Assembly (NCBI GenBank): GCA_049724395.1
Contig: JAUGWO010000110.1
Coordinates: forward strand, 1 to 40,155
DNA length: 40,155 nt
Source: Spongospora subterranea f. sp. subterranea
Lineage: Eukaryota
Reading direction: 5' to 3'
Part shown: piece by piece, positions 1 to 10,499 of the stretch
Layout: each line of letters begins with the position of its first letter
Numbering within the stretch: the first letter of the stretch is position 1
Notes under the pieces: model-generated
What the model saw: the letters and a program-made list of their open reading frames with translations, nothing else
What the model was told of the DNA's origin: nothing
The model's database searches: none
Translations under genes and position numbers: made by a program

Positions 1-1231
1 CACAGAGGCTATCATAGTCTTTGACCTGATCCAGGTCCCACTTTATGAGCGGCCAGAGCTTTCGAATCCATCGAATGGAAAAGCTGGGGAAATAGATCCT
101 AATACACAATGTGAAGTTATTGGTGATCACGATTCTCGGCAACCAAATTCTCACCAGAGCCATCAAGCTGGTCTTCCAGATTTATCGTCTTTTGGAGAAA
201 ATTAATTCGGCAATCGAATGCGTAACTTGAACTCGTGCTCGGGTTCCAATCCTAAGAGAAACTTAGCAAACAAAATACAAACTAAACATGAACTGAACGG
301 CTAAGTTTTTCGAGGCAATTTTAAGAAATTCATGGGCGTTTCTGTTAGCGGGCCGGAGATTCTTTCGAAAGTCTTTGCAGGGCAAAATTTCCGAATTATT
401 CGGAATCCGATTCGAATTGTTCAGGCAATCGAGGTTCTGGTCCTCTACTCTCAACTGCTGAGAACCAATGATGATATGGGATGCGTCAATTTTCGAACCC
501 GTGCTCGAATTGCATTCCTAACCACATTTAGCAAACCGAATCACGACCTGAAGATGAACTGAACGGCTGAATTTTCTGAAAAATTTTCACCAAGCTCTTG
601 AGCGTTTTTGTGATCGGGCATGAGATTCTCTCGAAAGTCTTTGGACGGCAAAATTTCCGAATTACTTGGAGGTAGATTCAAATCGAAAACACAGACGATT
701 TTTTTGCCCACTTTTTTCATATATTGCGAATCGATACTGATATGGGATGCGTCGATTTTCGAACCCGTGCTCAAATCCCATTCCTAAGAGCGCATTTAGC
801 AAACCGGATCTCGATCTGAAGATGAACTGAACGAATACAGTAATCGAGGATCTTTCACCAAACTGGGCGACACAATTTTTGTTTGAAAAATCCAAAGCCA
901 ACAAGGTATTGCCTTGCAGAGATTTTGACTCCCTTTTCGTCGAATATTCGAATACTGGAAATTTTGAAACGTGATTTTTGCCAGTGAACCTTGCACAATC
1001 CTGCGACGGCGACATGGCGTCCTGAGAGAGCCAATGCGTTTAAACAATAGGCAATATTTTGGAGCGAATTTTTCTGATCCATACCGAGAAAGTGAAGGAG
1101 GCGATTCTTGGGGCGACATTGGCCTGACAAGAGCCAAGCGGATTGTTCGTACCAGGTTCAGATTCGATTGTCGCAGATCGAGTCGACCCGATCGCCACAA
1201 TCAGTAAACCCAACAAGTTGATGACACACAT
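1..1231 (-). CDS. 5' part of putative secreted repeat protein, paralog A (runs off left edge of window)
   Basis: Spliced model: exons 1231-1085, 1021-833, 783-565, 517-299, 251-155; GT-AG introns of 63, 49, 47, 47 nt, then a GTGAG donor at 154. N-terminus MCVINLLGLLIVAIGSTRSA looks like a signal peptide. Exon 1-4 sizes identical to paralog B; exon 5 differs by an in-frame 69-nt indel. A 1-nt deletion near 60 relative to B frameshifts exon 6 (pseudogene or sequence error). Confidence 0.7.
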
Positions 1232-2039
1232 TGGAGAAATGGCGCAACAGTAGCGCCGTTCGCCAAGTGGCAACGATGAGTGCAGAGTCAAAGATGAGAC
1301 GAACGGCTCGAGGTGTCGTCATTGGATGAGATGAACGGCTCTAGGTGTCGTACCCAAGGGTTCGAAAGCCGTGATTGTTAATAAGCTCTCTTTAGATGCA
1401 GATGTCCTACGTACTCTCCATCCAACCTAGTCAACTTCCCTGCTGGTTGTTGTCATTTAGTTCTGCCTTTACCAGGTGGTAGACAGCAGTTTTGCGTTTG
1501 AAAGGGAATGCCGCATTGATCGGGAAGAAATGTTGTCAGATTAATTGAAGGGAGAAGAAGTGGTTTCCAATTGTGGCAAATGAAAACGATTTTCTTTGTA
1601 ATTGGTTGGTGCCAGGTTTGTGAAACCCATATCTACTAGACGGCCAAGACAAAGCTTGATGTCAAAGCTCATTCGCCAGACATAATCACCTTCGCTGAAT
1701 GTGCTGCAGTCTGACCGAGGTTGTGATAGTGAGAGGTTGATCCCATGACCCGGCTCACTAAAACCCCCTAACCATTGGGACACGATGGATATTCCCTGTA
1801 TGGAACACCACAATGCCTTGAACCCAAGTCGCATCATCACAACTCGGCTGTCTATATTTCAAGACGTTTGTTCCTCCCATGTTCAAACTGCGCTCTATTG
1901 ACATATGCGATAATGTATTGACATCCAAAAAGAGATAGAAGAGCGAGTATCTGCGCGACTGTCGTGAAGGCGACTAGAGCCAATGGCCAACCGTTATTGT
2001 TGATAAATATCTGCAGTTCCCCTCGAAAGTTTATCGGTG

Positions 2040-3237
2040 ATACCCATCGAATTTCGACACCATATAGTACTTGGCCTTAGTCAAAGAACCTTTTGTGGGA
2101 CAGTATCTCAAATCGATGATTTCCTTCACAACTTGTTGCCGTGTGTAGTGGTACTTGATGTCAATGTGCTTTGTCCTGGAATCCGTCGGCAGGTTGCGCG
2201 ATATAGAAAGACGCCCTTGATTGTCACAATAAACTATGGTTGGTTTAGAATCATGATAATTTCGTTCGATCCTTAGTTGTCTTTAGCCAAACTATCTCTC
2301 TAACGGTATTGTACAAGGAGATCTACTCAGCATGGACAGGGAGGTCGCTACTTTCTTTTTGCCGTTTGTTTTTCCAACATATAGGTGAGCCAGCTAGCAT
2401 AATCACGTATCCGTTCGTAGAGCATCGTGTGTCGGTATCTTGTCCCAATCGCTGTCAGAGGACGCGATTGGTCGTGAATTCCCCTTCCGTGAGTAGATGA
2501 GGCCGATTGACAAAGTACTGGATTGGTATAGTAGTACCCTCTTTGCGGCTGTCCAATACAGAGGGCCGGGATTTGATTCATATCTGCAGAGTACACCGAC
2601 AGCTGTTGAGATATCTGGTGTTCTCTTGGCAATGTAGTTCAGAGCACCGACTTGGTCCCAATGTAGCATATCTTGTCGGAGTTGCACCGTACAAGGTTGT
2701 CGCCAAATATGGCCTCTCGAATCGGATATTGATTTGCCTGCTTGTCATCGCTTGTCTCATATGGCTTCGTCATTGGACGTGCATGCTTGCAATGTTCTTG
2801 TTACGGCGATGACTTCCCTGATGTATTTTGTTTGTGTCAGGCTATTAATTGCATTCGCAATACCATCTGAAAAATGTCGCGAGAACTTGTGATATTTTGG
2901 ATATTTCGTCCTTATCATCTCCAGCGAGATCGTCGACGTATATCGCTATCATGGTAACTTGATCGTTGTGACCTCTCTTGTACCATAGACATGGTTCCTT
3001 TTTATAGAAGATTGAGCGTCTTTCTTCTCGCCATAGATTTCACACAATTTTGCCCATACGTCCTTGATGTAGCGGCATGATGTAATTTGCTTGAGAAAGT
3101 CTCATTGTAACTTCTGCGTAAGCGATTCGGTCGTTTCTTATTTCGGCCGTTAAAGTGCCTATGCGGATAAACTGTGTCTCCAGTTTCCTCTTGATAATTT
3201 CCCAGTTCTTACGGTTGAATTCGGGAATGAGGTTCAA
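2040..3237 (-). mobile_element. Internally deleted, degenerate Ty1/copia retrotransposon (gag start joined to RT/RNase H)
   Basis: Minus-strand fragments: LIPEFNRKNWEIIK...DRIAYAEVTMRLS (gag N-term like), AIYVDDL (~2930), PDISTAVGVLCRYESNPG, SSDSDW, IYCDNQG...RTKHIDIKYHY; many stops and frameshifts. Confidence 0.85.
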
Positions 3238-3629
3238 ACCCGTTGCGTACTGTTGGAGGTTTACTTCTGTCTACAGAAGATGAACACTTTAGGTACGTGT
3301 CCAGATGTTCTGCTAGATCTCGTCTTGCGGTCCTTTCAATCGTCGAGAAATCGGGACACGTACAAAGTGTTCATCTTTTGAAGATGCGCAAGAAGGTCGA
3401 AAGCGAACTGAGCTGTAAGTACCTTCAGAGAGTCATAAAGTGTACTCTCTGTGTTGTAAAAAAATGGTGTCGAATGGCGCCAGCGTTGTATCTGTACCTT
3501 AAAAACTGTGCGTCTGGAACGTTCTGGAACGCCAACAATGGGATCTAAACGGAAATCTGCGATTTGAGACGTAACGAGCAGGCGATGAAAGAGCATCACT
3601 GAAGTGGGTGTCACATGGCATCCAAGAAA

Positions 3630-3780
3630 CTGTCAAGATATAACCTGATCTGTCATGATATAACTGTCTGATATCTGATCTGTCATGATATAACCTGATC
3701 TGTCATGATATAACCTGATCTGTCATGATATAACCTGATCTGTCATGATATAACCTGATCTGTCATGATATAACCTGATA
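3630..3780. repeat. 20-bp tandem repeat (TGTCATGATATAACCTGATC, about 7 copies)
   Basis: Head-to-tail unit read directly; one degenerate copy. Confidence 0.95.
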
Positions 3781-4639
3781 CGTTGCCAATGCGTCTCGCG
3801 AACACAGGGACGAGTATTTTCAGACTATAACCTTTCCATTTCAACATTCAGGTTTTAAGACAATGCGACGATGTTTTGCTCAATTGCCTTTCCGTTTGAT
3901 TATTGTGTTGTCTGAGGTGTCATTTTTGTTCATGCTCAATTTTCTAGCTCATGTATTAACTGTCGGGTTTGTTATTGTTATTTCCCTGGGATTGGTGGAT
4001 ATGGTGATGTTATTTGGTTAGTAACCCGGTCCAGGTAATACAAATAGGAACGAAGTGACAGTATTTGTATTCCAAACTGTATTCGCCATTTCCCTCACGT
4101 CCCACGATTACTACTCCAGATTCGTCGGACCGCCGGTTCAAAAAGTGCCCGTCTTGATCTGATCCATGGGTTTGATAAACTTCTTCATGTCGTAAATTGC
4201 CATTGACACCTGTTTCATGATTTTGGGAAGAATGTTCAACCCATATCTGTATATCTGTAGTTTCTTCTTATGTGTCTGACCCATTATGTTGATGTTGACA
4301 AAATGAATACAAAACTGCAATTGTGAGCTCATCGAACAGTGGAGTCCACGGTCGGTCCTGTTCCATTTTTTGTCGTATGCATTGAAGTTATGAATAAATT
4401 TTTTTGTTTGCCGATGATCCAGCGTAGATCTGCAATTTCATTGACATTGTTCTTCCCTGCTGTGGGTCTCTGACAGATTCACATTGGTACGTGTAGTAGT
4501 TGTTCTGTCATGTCTGGTTTGCTCCTGGTGTTCTGATCGGTTCTAATGCCCAATTACCAACATCAATGACATTTTGGAATATGTCCATCTTAGACTTCTT
4601 GTTGATTTACAAGTCGGTGTCATCGTGGTGCTTTGCAAG

Positions 4640-5400
4640 GTGCACCAGTTATATTCCTTGAAGACGCCCTAGTCGTTCATAACATACTTTACGCATTGGA
4701 TCAAAGTGTCCTCTTGCCGACGATTCTTTCTAATCTATACGATCAAGAATTCCAAAGCACTCATCGATCATTTTGGAAACCACCTCGGACGATCACGAGT
4801 TGTTCTCTGCTGATGTCAGTAGTCTCTATACTAGGTAATATGAATAACTTAACCTACTCTATGAAGTTAACCAGAATACTACTAGAAACCCCATCCACGT
4901 AAACAATAACTACTCTTGCTATGGTCCAAACATTGACAGACAGAAAGACGGTATTCGATGGGAACAAACATTGCCTTAGTCTGCGCTAACCTCTACCTAG
5001 ACCTTCGACAAACACTTCGCCCCACAATGTCTCCACTACTATCGCTACATGGACGATACGCTAAGTGTAAAACATTTTACGCTTATCCAAGTACACGATT
5101 TCGAACCCCGAAGAAAACTCACAAATGGTCTGAGTCGGTTGTTCTTTAAACGGGATGGGATCGTTTGGCCTTCTGAACTCACCATTATATCTGATGGTAT
5201 CCCACTCCAACCAATCATTGGACCCAAATAAATCGACATCAATCGAGACCGACCGACTGAGGGAGATGAGGACTCCATATATGTATCTTCGGCCAATGTT
5301 CCCCATAAAATCCAACGATTTGAGCGGAAAACAGTCGAGATGATTGAAACAGATCAAGCCTGTGGAGTAAACCCTAAACCCATCAGGTTTATTTATGAAC
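4640..5400 (+). mobile_element. Degenerate Penelope-like reverse transcriptase
   Basis: Ordered motifs across frameshifts: LFSADVSSLYT (~4800-4832), NNYYSCYGPNIDRQKDG + MGTNIALVCANLYL (4902-5000), YYRYMDDT (~5036-5060), SLWSKP.THQVYL (~5360-5395). No GIY-YIG domain seen. Confidence 0.8.
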
Positions 5401-5420
5401 TCATCTAATTTGTTGAGTCT

Positions 5421-7946
5421 TTAGAATGTCAACTCTGATCTAACGTTGTGATGATGTAGATCATATTGACAAATATCAGGTCCCTTTCGTCCTGGTCCAG
5501 GACAGCATTTGTGCCTGAACGAGGTGTACGATATTGATTCTCCCCATCTCCGAACAAATTCCGAAATGTTTCCAGCGCAGTGACGATAAAAACAATTGCA
5601 GACAGGACGAAGGCACTTGCTGATAAAACAGGTCAATTCCGGATTGACCGGTCTCGTTGACTTTGTTTTCGCAATCAAGAACTGCTCATACTCTTCGAGA
5701 ATTTCGGAAAACCGTTTGAGGAGGTCTCGGGATTTTTGGCGGCGGGGAATAAGTCTTGCTGGAATATCAAATGGGCTCTCGTCCGATTGGCAAGGATGGA
5801 CCTCCGAGCCGTGACATTTACCTGTGCTGAATCGTGCATGCTGCAATTGACGGCCCCATTTTCCAATCCATGTATTTGTATCTTGGCCACAGTGATGAAC
5901 CCAACATCCCCACATGGCTCTCGCAGCCCGGTAATAAAAATTTCGAAAACAATTGTGAAACACAGGGCCATTGGATTGGTATTTCTGGATGAAATTTTTA
6001 CACAGATTGAGTTTTTCAATCGAGTCTTTTGACTTCAAAACAGCACCATAAATCGCTTCGAGATCCATTGAATTGGACTTGTATCTAAAAGCACAAACGT
6101 TCAACTATTTCTGTCAAAAACAGCGAATGAAAACCTTTCGTCAGGGTTTGGGACATTTCTTCTCCAGTGTGAATGATATGATCCATGACCGTGACAGCGC
6201 TTTTGTTCAAAATTACGGTGCTCAAAACAAGGGCCCCATCGATTCTGGAACAGGTGAATGTCTTTGCCGCAACAAATTATCAAACATTGAAGGACGGGTA
6301 TGCACGTGAGCTTAAGATACGAAAGCACCTCAGGACTCATATTGCCGAGCGACACGCTGGACGAAACCAGTGTCAAAACAAAATTTGATATTAGTATCAG
6401 TTTTTGCAGGGTGCTGGTTGCTTTTTCGATTAACCTACGCTGAGGAACATCGATGTTATATTGCCCGACCACAGCTGTGTTATCCGGCGCCGACTTTATC
6501 GACCAAAAGTAGTTCCGACATGTCGACATTGTCGTGAAGCTGGACCTCTGCTGGATTCGGCTGCTTTCCCTAAACAGACGACCACGATTGTGATCATCAA
6601 ATCCCAAACAGAGCGGGCCACAACAGTTCTGACCAGGAACACACAGAGGCTATCATAGTCTTTGACCTGATCCAGGTCCCACTTTATGAGCGGCCAGAGC
6701 TTATCGAATCCATCGAATGTAAAAGCTGGGGAAATAGATCCTAGTACACAATGTGAAGTTATTGGTGATCACGATTCTCAGCAATCAAATTCTCACCAGA
6801 GACATCAAGCTGGTCTTCCAGATTTATCGTCTTTTGGAGAAAATTAATTCGGCAATCGGATTTTTTGCCGTTGGCGCGTGGAATCGATTTTTGACCATGA
6901 TTACTTTGACCATGATTACTGATACGCCATGCATAACTTGAACTCGTGCTCGGGTTCCAATCCTAAGACAAACTCAGCAAACAGAACCACAGTTTGAACA
7001 TGAACTGAACGGCTAAATTTTTGGAGGCAATCTCAAGAAACTCATGGGCGTTTCTGTTAGCGGGCACGAGATGTTTTCGAAAGCCTTTGCAGGGCAAAAT
7101 TTCCGAATTATTCGGAATTCCATTCGAATTGTTCAGGAAATCGAGGTTATGGTCCTCTACTCTCACCTGCTGAGAACCGATGATGATATGGGATGCGTCA
7201 ATTGTCGAACCCGTGCTCGAATTCCATTCCTAAAAACACATTTATCAAACCGAATCACGATCTGAAGACGAACTGAACGGCTGAATTGGTCGAAAAACTT
7301 TCACCAAGCTCTTGAGCATTTATGTGATCGGGCATGAGATTCTCTCGAAAGTCTTTGGACGGCAACAATTCTGAATCAATTGGAGGTAGATTCAAATCGA
7401 AAACACAAACGATTTTTTCGCCCACTTGTCTCAAATCTTGGGAATCGATACTGATATGGGATGCCTCAATTTTCGAACCCGTGCTCGAATCCCATTCCTA
7501 AGAACGCATTTAGAAAACCGAATCACGGTCTGAAGATGAACTGAACGAATACATTAATCGAGGATCTTTCACCACTCTGGGCGACACCTTTTTTGTTTGA
7601 TAAATCCAACACCAACAAGGAATTCCCTTGCGGAGATTTTAACTCACTTGTCGTCGAATATTCGAATACTGGAATGTTTGAAACGTGCTTTTCGCCATTG
7701 AACATTGCACAATCCTGCGACGTCGACGTGGCGGACTGAAAGAATTAATACTTTCAAACAACTAGGCAATATTTTGGAGCGACGTTCCCTGATCAATACC
7801 GAGAAAGTGGAGGAGGCGATTCTTGGGGCGATATTGACCTGACAAGAGCGAAGCGGATTGTCATTACCAGGTTCAGATTCGATTATCGCAGATCGAATCG
7901 ACCCGATCGCCACAAACAGCAATCCGAACAAGTTGCGGGCATGCAT
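5421..7946 (-). CDS. Putative secreted multi-exon protein, paralog B: signal peptide + exon-duplicated repeats + three Cys/Trp repeats
   Basis: Exons 7946-7800 (MHARNLFGLLFVAIGSIRSA...), 7735-7547, 7497-7279, 7229-7011, 6962-6797, next from ~6740; introns 64, 49, 49, 48, 56 nt. Splicing between ~6650 and ~6350 unresolved. A 50-nt GT-AG intron 6134-6085 joins ORF 6101..6607 to ORF 5421..6104 in frame. Confidence 0.75.
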
Positions 7947-8157
7947 TGGAGAAATGGCGCAACAGTAGCGCCGTTTACGCCGTTCGCCAAGTGGCAACGA
8001 TGAGTTCAGAGTCAAAGATTAGACGAACGGCTCTTGATGTCGTCACTGGATGAGACGAACGGCTCTTCATGTCGTCATTGGATGAGACGAACGGCTCTTG
8101 ATGTCGTCATTGGATGAGACGAACGGGTCTTGTTGTCGTCATTGGATGAAAACGAAC
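6642..8157. repeat. Segmental direct duplication of 1..1351
   Basis: CACAGAGGCTATCATAGTCTTTGACCTG at 1 and 6642; colinear, moderately diverged through to the 32-bp repeats at 1293 and 8017. Confidence 0.95.
8017..8157. repeat. 32-bp tandem repeat (GATGAGACGAACGGCTCTTGATGTCGTCATTG, about 4.4 copies; about 2 copies at 1293-1351)
   Basis: Directly visible; lies 60-70 nt upstream of the ATG of both paralogs. Confidence 0.9.
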
Positions 8158-8159
8158 GT

Positions 8160-8525
8160 ATTTTCTTCGGTGGAAAATGGACCTAAGGTCAAGTCGGTAT
8201 GCTGTATCCAAAAATCGAACAACCTTCATCAACTCCATGACGTTGTTATTCAGGCGCTGTTTGCGTCTTCTCAGCCGAAGGTAAACATTGTTAGATGGCA
8301 TGAACGGCTTAATCACGAGAATTATGAAGCCTTGAAAGGCCTCAACAAGAAAGGAATGATTAATGTCGCCAATACGAACATCCCTGAATGGGTCTCTAAC
8401 GAATGCGCTTTGAGATAGATGACCCGGGGGCGATTCCCAAAGCGAAATCAAAGGTGTTTGGCCACTAAAGTGCTGCAAAGAGTATATTCAGACGTCTGCG
8501 GCCCATTTCCGGTGACTGCTTTTGC
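8160..8525 (+). mobile_element. Ty1/copia fragment (GAG-pre-integrase and start of integrase)
   Basis: RWHERLNHENYEAL...ECALR* then LQRVYSDVCGPFPV. Confidence 0.8.
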
Positions 8526-9947
8526 TCAAAGTCCAAGTATTATTGAACTGGAGATCCATGAATGTGGCTGAAGCACCGGTGTCCAAACGAATCGAGGCGG
8601 TCTGCCGAAGAGGTTCATTTCTTTGGGCAACGTGTGGAGTCGAAACGACGGAGACAGATTAGGTGCTGTTTTATTACTCGGCAAACAGTTGCAACTCTAT
8701 GCAGACATTATGCCCAGAATTTGTGCCGGACCGATACTATACTAGTAATTGCAGTATTTTCCCCTAAAATGCAGGACGTAAATAACTGTTTTTAAATTCA
8801 ATTGAACTTCGTTCACAAACCACGTGGTCAGAGTCTCTTTGTTGGTTCGAAAATTTGATTGTGGCAAGTTTCACAAAAATTTCTTGTAGTTTCTTTGACG
8901 ACTCGTCGAAAGCTAGGGAGAGGGGTGGTTTTGGCCAGATGACAATGACGTCATTCCACCATCAAGTTACAGTATGTTCTTGGGACGGTCGTCACGTCCG
9001 ATGTATTGCTCATTGGACGTCAGCTTCACTGGATGAAGTACCACGCTTTCACTTCGAAGTATTCAACGTCGAACGCATTGATCAAACGAATTAATTATAA
9101 AGATAAACCAAGAAGTAGTGCACTGCGGTTCCAAAGAACCACTCCGGATTGCGGAAACCCATTCTCAGTACCATAGGGACTACACCATTAACATTGCAGA
9201 CTTCAACATGGATATACACTCAAGTTCATGTAAGAAAATTTGTTTTCTGAAAATCCCCAGCCAATCCCCATTTCGATTTTACCCTAACTTTTAGATTTTT
9301 TTGCTCTTTTTCGCAAGTCAGTATTTGCCCATACACAGTAAATATTTACTGTTGGCCAGGAAGCATGCCTGCGAGAAGAATACATTTGGATGGTCAGTGT
9401 CAGTCCGAGTTGAATTCAGTTTTTCCGTCAAATTCCGTGGGGTTGAACGACCAATTTCTGGCCTTTATTGAGTCAATTTATTGGGAACTTGAATTATTAA
9501 CAAGGACACCTAATAAAACTATTTTCGGACAGCTGTTCTGACCCTCTACCCCTCAGATCGTTATTCATTAATTTCGCGATGGATTCGGTACTGGATGTGA
9601 CGACGGATTTTGCCAAATGCTCAACAGAGTGCTGCTGTGATTGCAACACCTGCATCACAATTGCATCGTGGCAGGGTCGGGCGAGACCTCGCGGTTGCAC
9701 TGCTGCTCGATCTAACAGAGTCGGTCGCAACTGCTCTGCTGCGAAAGGCTGGAAAGTTTGCACAGAGTCGTGTTCGCATACTGGGGATCACTTGAAGTAG
9801 GATTCGTACGTCGTTAGATTAGTTCTTGAACACGTTCACGAACGCCGTTCATTTTCGGTTTCCTCGTCGGCGCGTTCGCATATGAAAGGCCATGCGACAC
9901 GAGGTCCCAAAGGACGACGGTCGTCGGATGGTTTGAGAAAAAAATCA

Positions 9948-10206
9948 ACGCGTGTTCCCCAATGTATAAATCTCCTGTCGCGTTCCGTTCGTAATTTATA
10001 CTTTTCCCACAGCGCGACGGCTTGCTGTTGTGCATGCGGTCTTATCAACTTGGCACGATTTTCATGACCAGATGAAGAAGATCGCCGGATATGGCGACTC
10101 CAAGTTGATAAGACCGCATTCACAACAGCAAGCCGTCGCGCTGTGGAAAAGGATAAATTACGAATGGAACGCGACAGGAGATTTATGCATTGCGGAACAC
10201 GCGCGT
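9948..10206. repeat. Inverted repeat, ~105-bp arms, ~46-nt spacer
   Basis: 9948-10053 is the reverse complement of 10100-10206 with a few mismatches. Confidence 0.95.
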
Positions 10207-10499
10207 ACATCGCGATTATTCATAAATTGCTGCGCGACCATTCTGGTAATACTGATCTCCTTTGCCATAACTTATTACACCCTGAAGATTAATGTTCAGC
10301 ATTTGTTGAACATGACCCGTCTACAGTCTGAAATTGATTTCATTCGAGTTGACTTTCAAAACACCTCAGCCGGGTTGTCTCTGCCATCGTGCGTAGAACA
10401 GTGCCTAGTGATAAATGCCATCAATATTGAAATACGACACTATACATTTGGCGATTGTTTACCAGGTGAGTTCCAGTTTTCTCGAATATCTTCACTGGA

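Noticed and set aside
219..840. ~267-bp repeats read as satellite or TE subterminal repeats
   Set aside because: Better explained as duplicated exon-intron units with conserved splice sites and open frames.
1541..1840. WRMSFDIKLC resembling a LINE RT or Mab-21 motif
   Set aside because: Single short motif with no supporting neighbours.
6185..6658. Plus-strand ORFs as the GIY-YIG of the Penelope element
   Set aside because: No GIY-YIG motif; the region is explained by the minus-strand gene.
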